Shown piece after piece: positions 61,500 through 64,000 of a DNA stretch of 64,000 nt. The notes beneath the pieces were generated by a model. The model saw only the letters and a program-made list of their open reading frames with translations. It ran no database searches and was not told the DNA's origin. A program made the position numbers and the translations under genes. This DNA comes from the human T2T-CHM13v2.0 reference genome, Homo sapiens, in NCBI RefSeq assembly GCF_009914755.1, contig NC_060929.1, one strand, 5' to 3'. Positions within the stretch are counted from its first letter, which is position 1, and each line of letters opens with the position of its first letter.

Positions 61500-61980
61500 C
61501 CAAAATAATTATGGAGTCTATACTCTGGGCAAGGTCTTGTTCTAGATAATGGAATATAGCAGTGAACAAAACAGACAAATTCTCTGCCCTTGTGGAGTTT
61601 GTATTCTACTAGGGAAAGATAGACAATAAACCAAATCATCAAAGAAATATATAAAGGTAGTGATAAGTGCTCTGAAGGAAAAAACAGGCTGGCTAAGGGA
61701 ACAGGGATGATGCATCAGGAAAGGCTGCAGAGAGAAGGTTAAAACTGAGCAGGTACTTGAGGGTGAGAGATCAATGTTATTGGTGTCTGGGGAAGAGGCA
61801 CCAGGTGGAGCATTGAGCCAGAGGTGGACATGAGGAGCCATTAGCCACCATGGCTAGAGAGGAGCAAGCCAGACAGTGAGTGAGGGACTAAGGGCACAGA
61901 TCCCATAGGTCCTTGTGGACTATGGGCAAGACTGTGAGTTTTATTCCAAGTATGTGACAGGAAACCGCTGGAGAAGGGAT
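61500..61980 (-). mobile_element. L2a 3' end
   Basis: ATATAGCAGTGAACAAAACAGACAAATTCTCTGCCCTTGTGGAG...GTGATAAGTGCTCTG...TTTTATTCCAAGT. Confidence 0.85.
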
Positions 61981-62676
61981 GGGAAGTTTTACAAAGGAGC
62001 TGCCACAGTAATAAAAATCAGCAAACTCTGCTGTCTTTGTGTCCCTGGATTGGAATGAAACTTGTTCCCCATTTTAAACAGAAGCCTCTACCATGCTTGA
62101 AACTCTAGTGCTGCTCTTTAACCCTGGCAATAACTCAAAGTAATTCAATGGAAGACCCATTTTTAGTGTAAAGGTTAAAATGACAGCAAAGACTATTGCA
62201 GGCAAATGCAAAACCCTTCACTAAATCACATAGATTTTTAAACTAGAATAGGATCTATAACTCACAGCTCACCTATTTCTCCATCCAGGCGTGCCTAGGT
62301 ATGCTAGCATTTGTGTGTTGGCTGGAATAAAGCTTTTTTTGCTCAGAAAAAAGACGGGGGATGTGTTCATTTAACAACAAAATCTCATTTTTTTCTGCCT
62401 GCCTGCTTAGGACAAAGATCTGGGGTTCCTTTCTTAATCTACAAAGTCTACTCTTTAAGGTCTGATTGGGGACCCCAAATTTGAATTGTCAGCCATATAA
62501 CTCCTATTAAAAGCTCACATAAAAGAATATATTTAAGAGGGTTTTCAGCGTTTTCCATCAAATCGTTCCCAGGGTCAGCAGAGAATATATTTATCACAAC
62601 ATCTATAGGTATAGCCTGAAGTGACCTGATGAAAAAAGAAATTTTTTCAAAGAGATTTCATCATAAAAATATTCTT

Positions 62677-62976
62677 GGCTGGGCACGGTGGCTCCTGCCT
62701 GTAATCCCAACACTTTGGGAGGCCAAGGCAGGCAGATCACCTGAGGTCAAGAGTTCCAGACCAAAACGGCCAACATGATGAAACCCCAGCTCTACTAAAA
62801 ATATAAAAATTAGCTGAGTGCAGCAGCATGCACCTGTAGTCCCAGCTACTCAGGAGTCTGAGGCAGGAGGATTGCCTGAACCTGGGAGGCGAAGGTTGCA
62901 GTGAGCCAAGATCGTGCCACTGCACTTCAGCCTGGGTGACAGGGCAAGACTCCATCTCAAAATAATAATAATAAAT
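62677..62976 (+). mobile_element. AluS (Sx/Sz-like)
   Basis: Dimeric Alu with linker CTACTAAAAATATAAAAATTAGC and (AAT)n tail, followed by TA/TG repeats to about 63028. Confidence 0.95.
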
Positions 62977-64000
62977 TTATATATATAGATATATATATAT
63001 TTGTGTGTGTATATATATATATACATATCTCCTCTTGATTGTTTGTTATATACCATACATCATAATCTATCCATGTTTATTTTAACATGTAGAATTTTAA
63101 AATACCAGTTAAAATGCTCAACATTTTCTCTCCTTCGTTTCTTATATTTGAGCAAGATGAGCATCCTTGATTGTGCCCTATGTTGATCATGTGGCTTTGG
63201 GTCCTCCCTGGCATCCAGGCTAGGTACTCAGGAAGAAATGCCACCAGTCAGCCAGTTAATCCTTCGAATCAAACCACCAAAGACCTACATAGCCAAACTG
63301 TACTACTAAATTCTCTTTAGAATCCCTTCACATCATTATGACTTCAGATCATGTTCAGTGTTTTTATTAAGAGCCACTGTGAGAAACAGCCACATTTATA
63401 GCTAGTTGTTACCATGCCCATCATAGAATAACCCATGCAATAAATTGCTCTCAGCACTCAGGACATTTCTCTTTGTGAAACAGCATGCTTTTTAAAAACA
63501 AGAACTCGTGAATATAGCATTTTTGTTTTGTTTTGTTTTGTTTGCTTTAACTGATAGGAAACTTGGAGATATTTTCATCCAATATTAGTAGCATTCAGCA
63601 GTCTACATTTCTGATATATCATTCAGAAAACACTGACAGAGCTCCTTCTCCATCCAGGTCCTGGGCTAGTCTGGAAAGAGGGGCACTTGTAATGTGCAAG
63701 CTGTTTCTTCTTACTTTTCACTAGGGTAAACTAAATGGCCTCTAACGATCTCCTCTAGCTCAATGTTTCTATTTTCTTTCCTTAAGAAAAAAAAAATGGA
63801 GCTTACAGACTTAGAGGATCTTATTGTGGAGTATGTGTCCCCAGGCACCTGCATTCCGTACTCTGCTTCCCAGAGGAACTATGCCAAATTTTTATTAGTT
63901 ACATGATGAATTTTTTTGAAGTTCATGATATGTCATTTGCCATTTTAAAACAAATGCCTACTTTAAGATGCCAAAGGTGTGTGGAGTCTGAAGATGTGAA

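Overview
Primate (human-like) non-coding genomic DNA: CpG-depleted and dense in interspersed repeats. No intact protein-coding gene, tRNA/rRNA/snRNA gene, processed pseudogene or CpG island can be supported. The ORF track consists of short chance ORFs, Alu-derived ORFs and broken L1 ORF2 fragments. Recognisable content: MaLR LTRs (THE1B, MSTA, MLT1B, other MLT1), ERVL-type LTRs, seven Alu-family copies (five dimers, two monomers), a 2.6-kb 5'-truncated L1MA4-like element, older L1/L2/MIR fragments, DNA-transposon fossils (MER58A/B, MER5A/A1, MER115, MER53, MADE1) and microsatellites. I found no new biological system I can defend. The most unusual items are structural: an unassigned ~130-bp-arm long inverted repeat (51273-51857), an Alu with a perfect 35-bp internal duplication and arm-asymmetric CpG retention, a template-switch-like micro-inverted triplication (60918-60954), a dispersed ~100-bp duplication of a MIR fragment, an old L1 with twin-priming-like inversion geometry, and splice-site-bounded minus-strand exon candidates that could belong to a spliced non-coding transcript. 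Repeat subfamily names come from remembered consensus sequences, not a search, and boundaries of old repeats are approximate.
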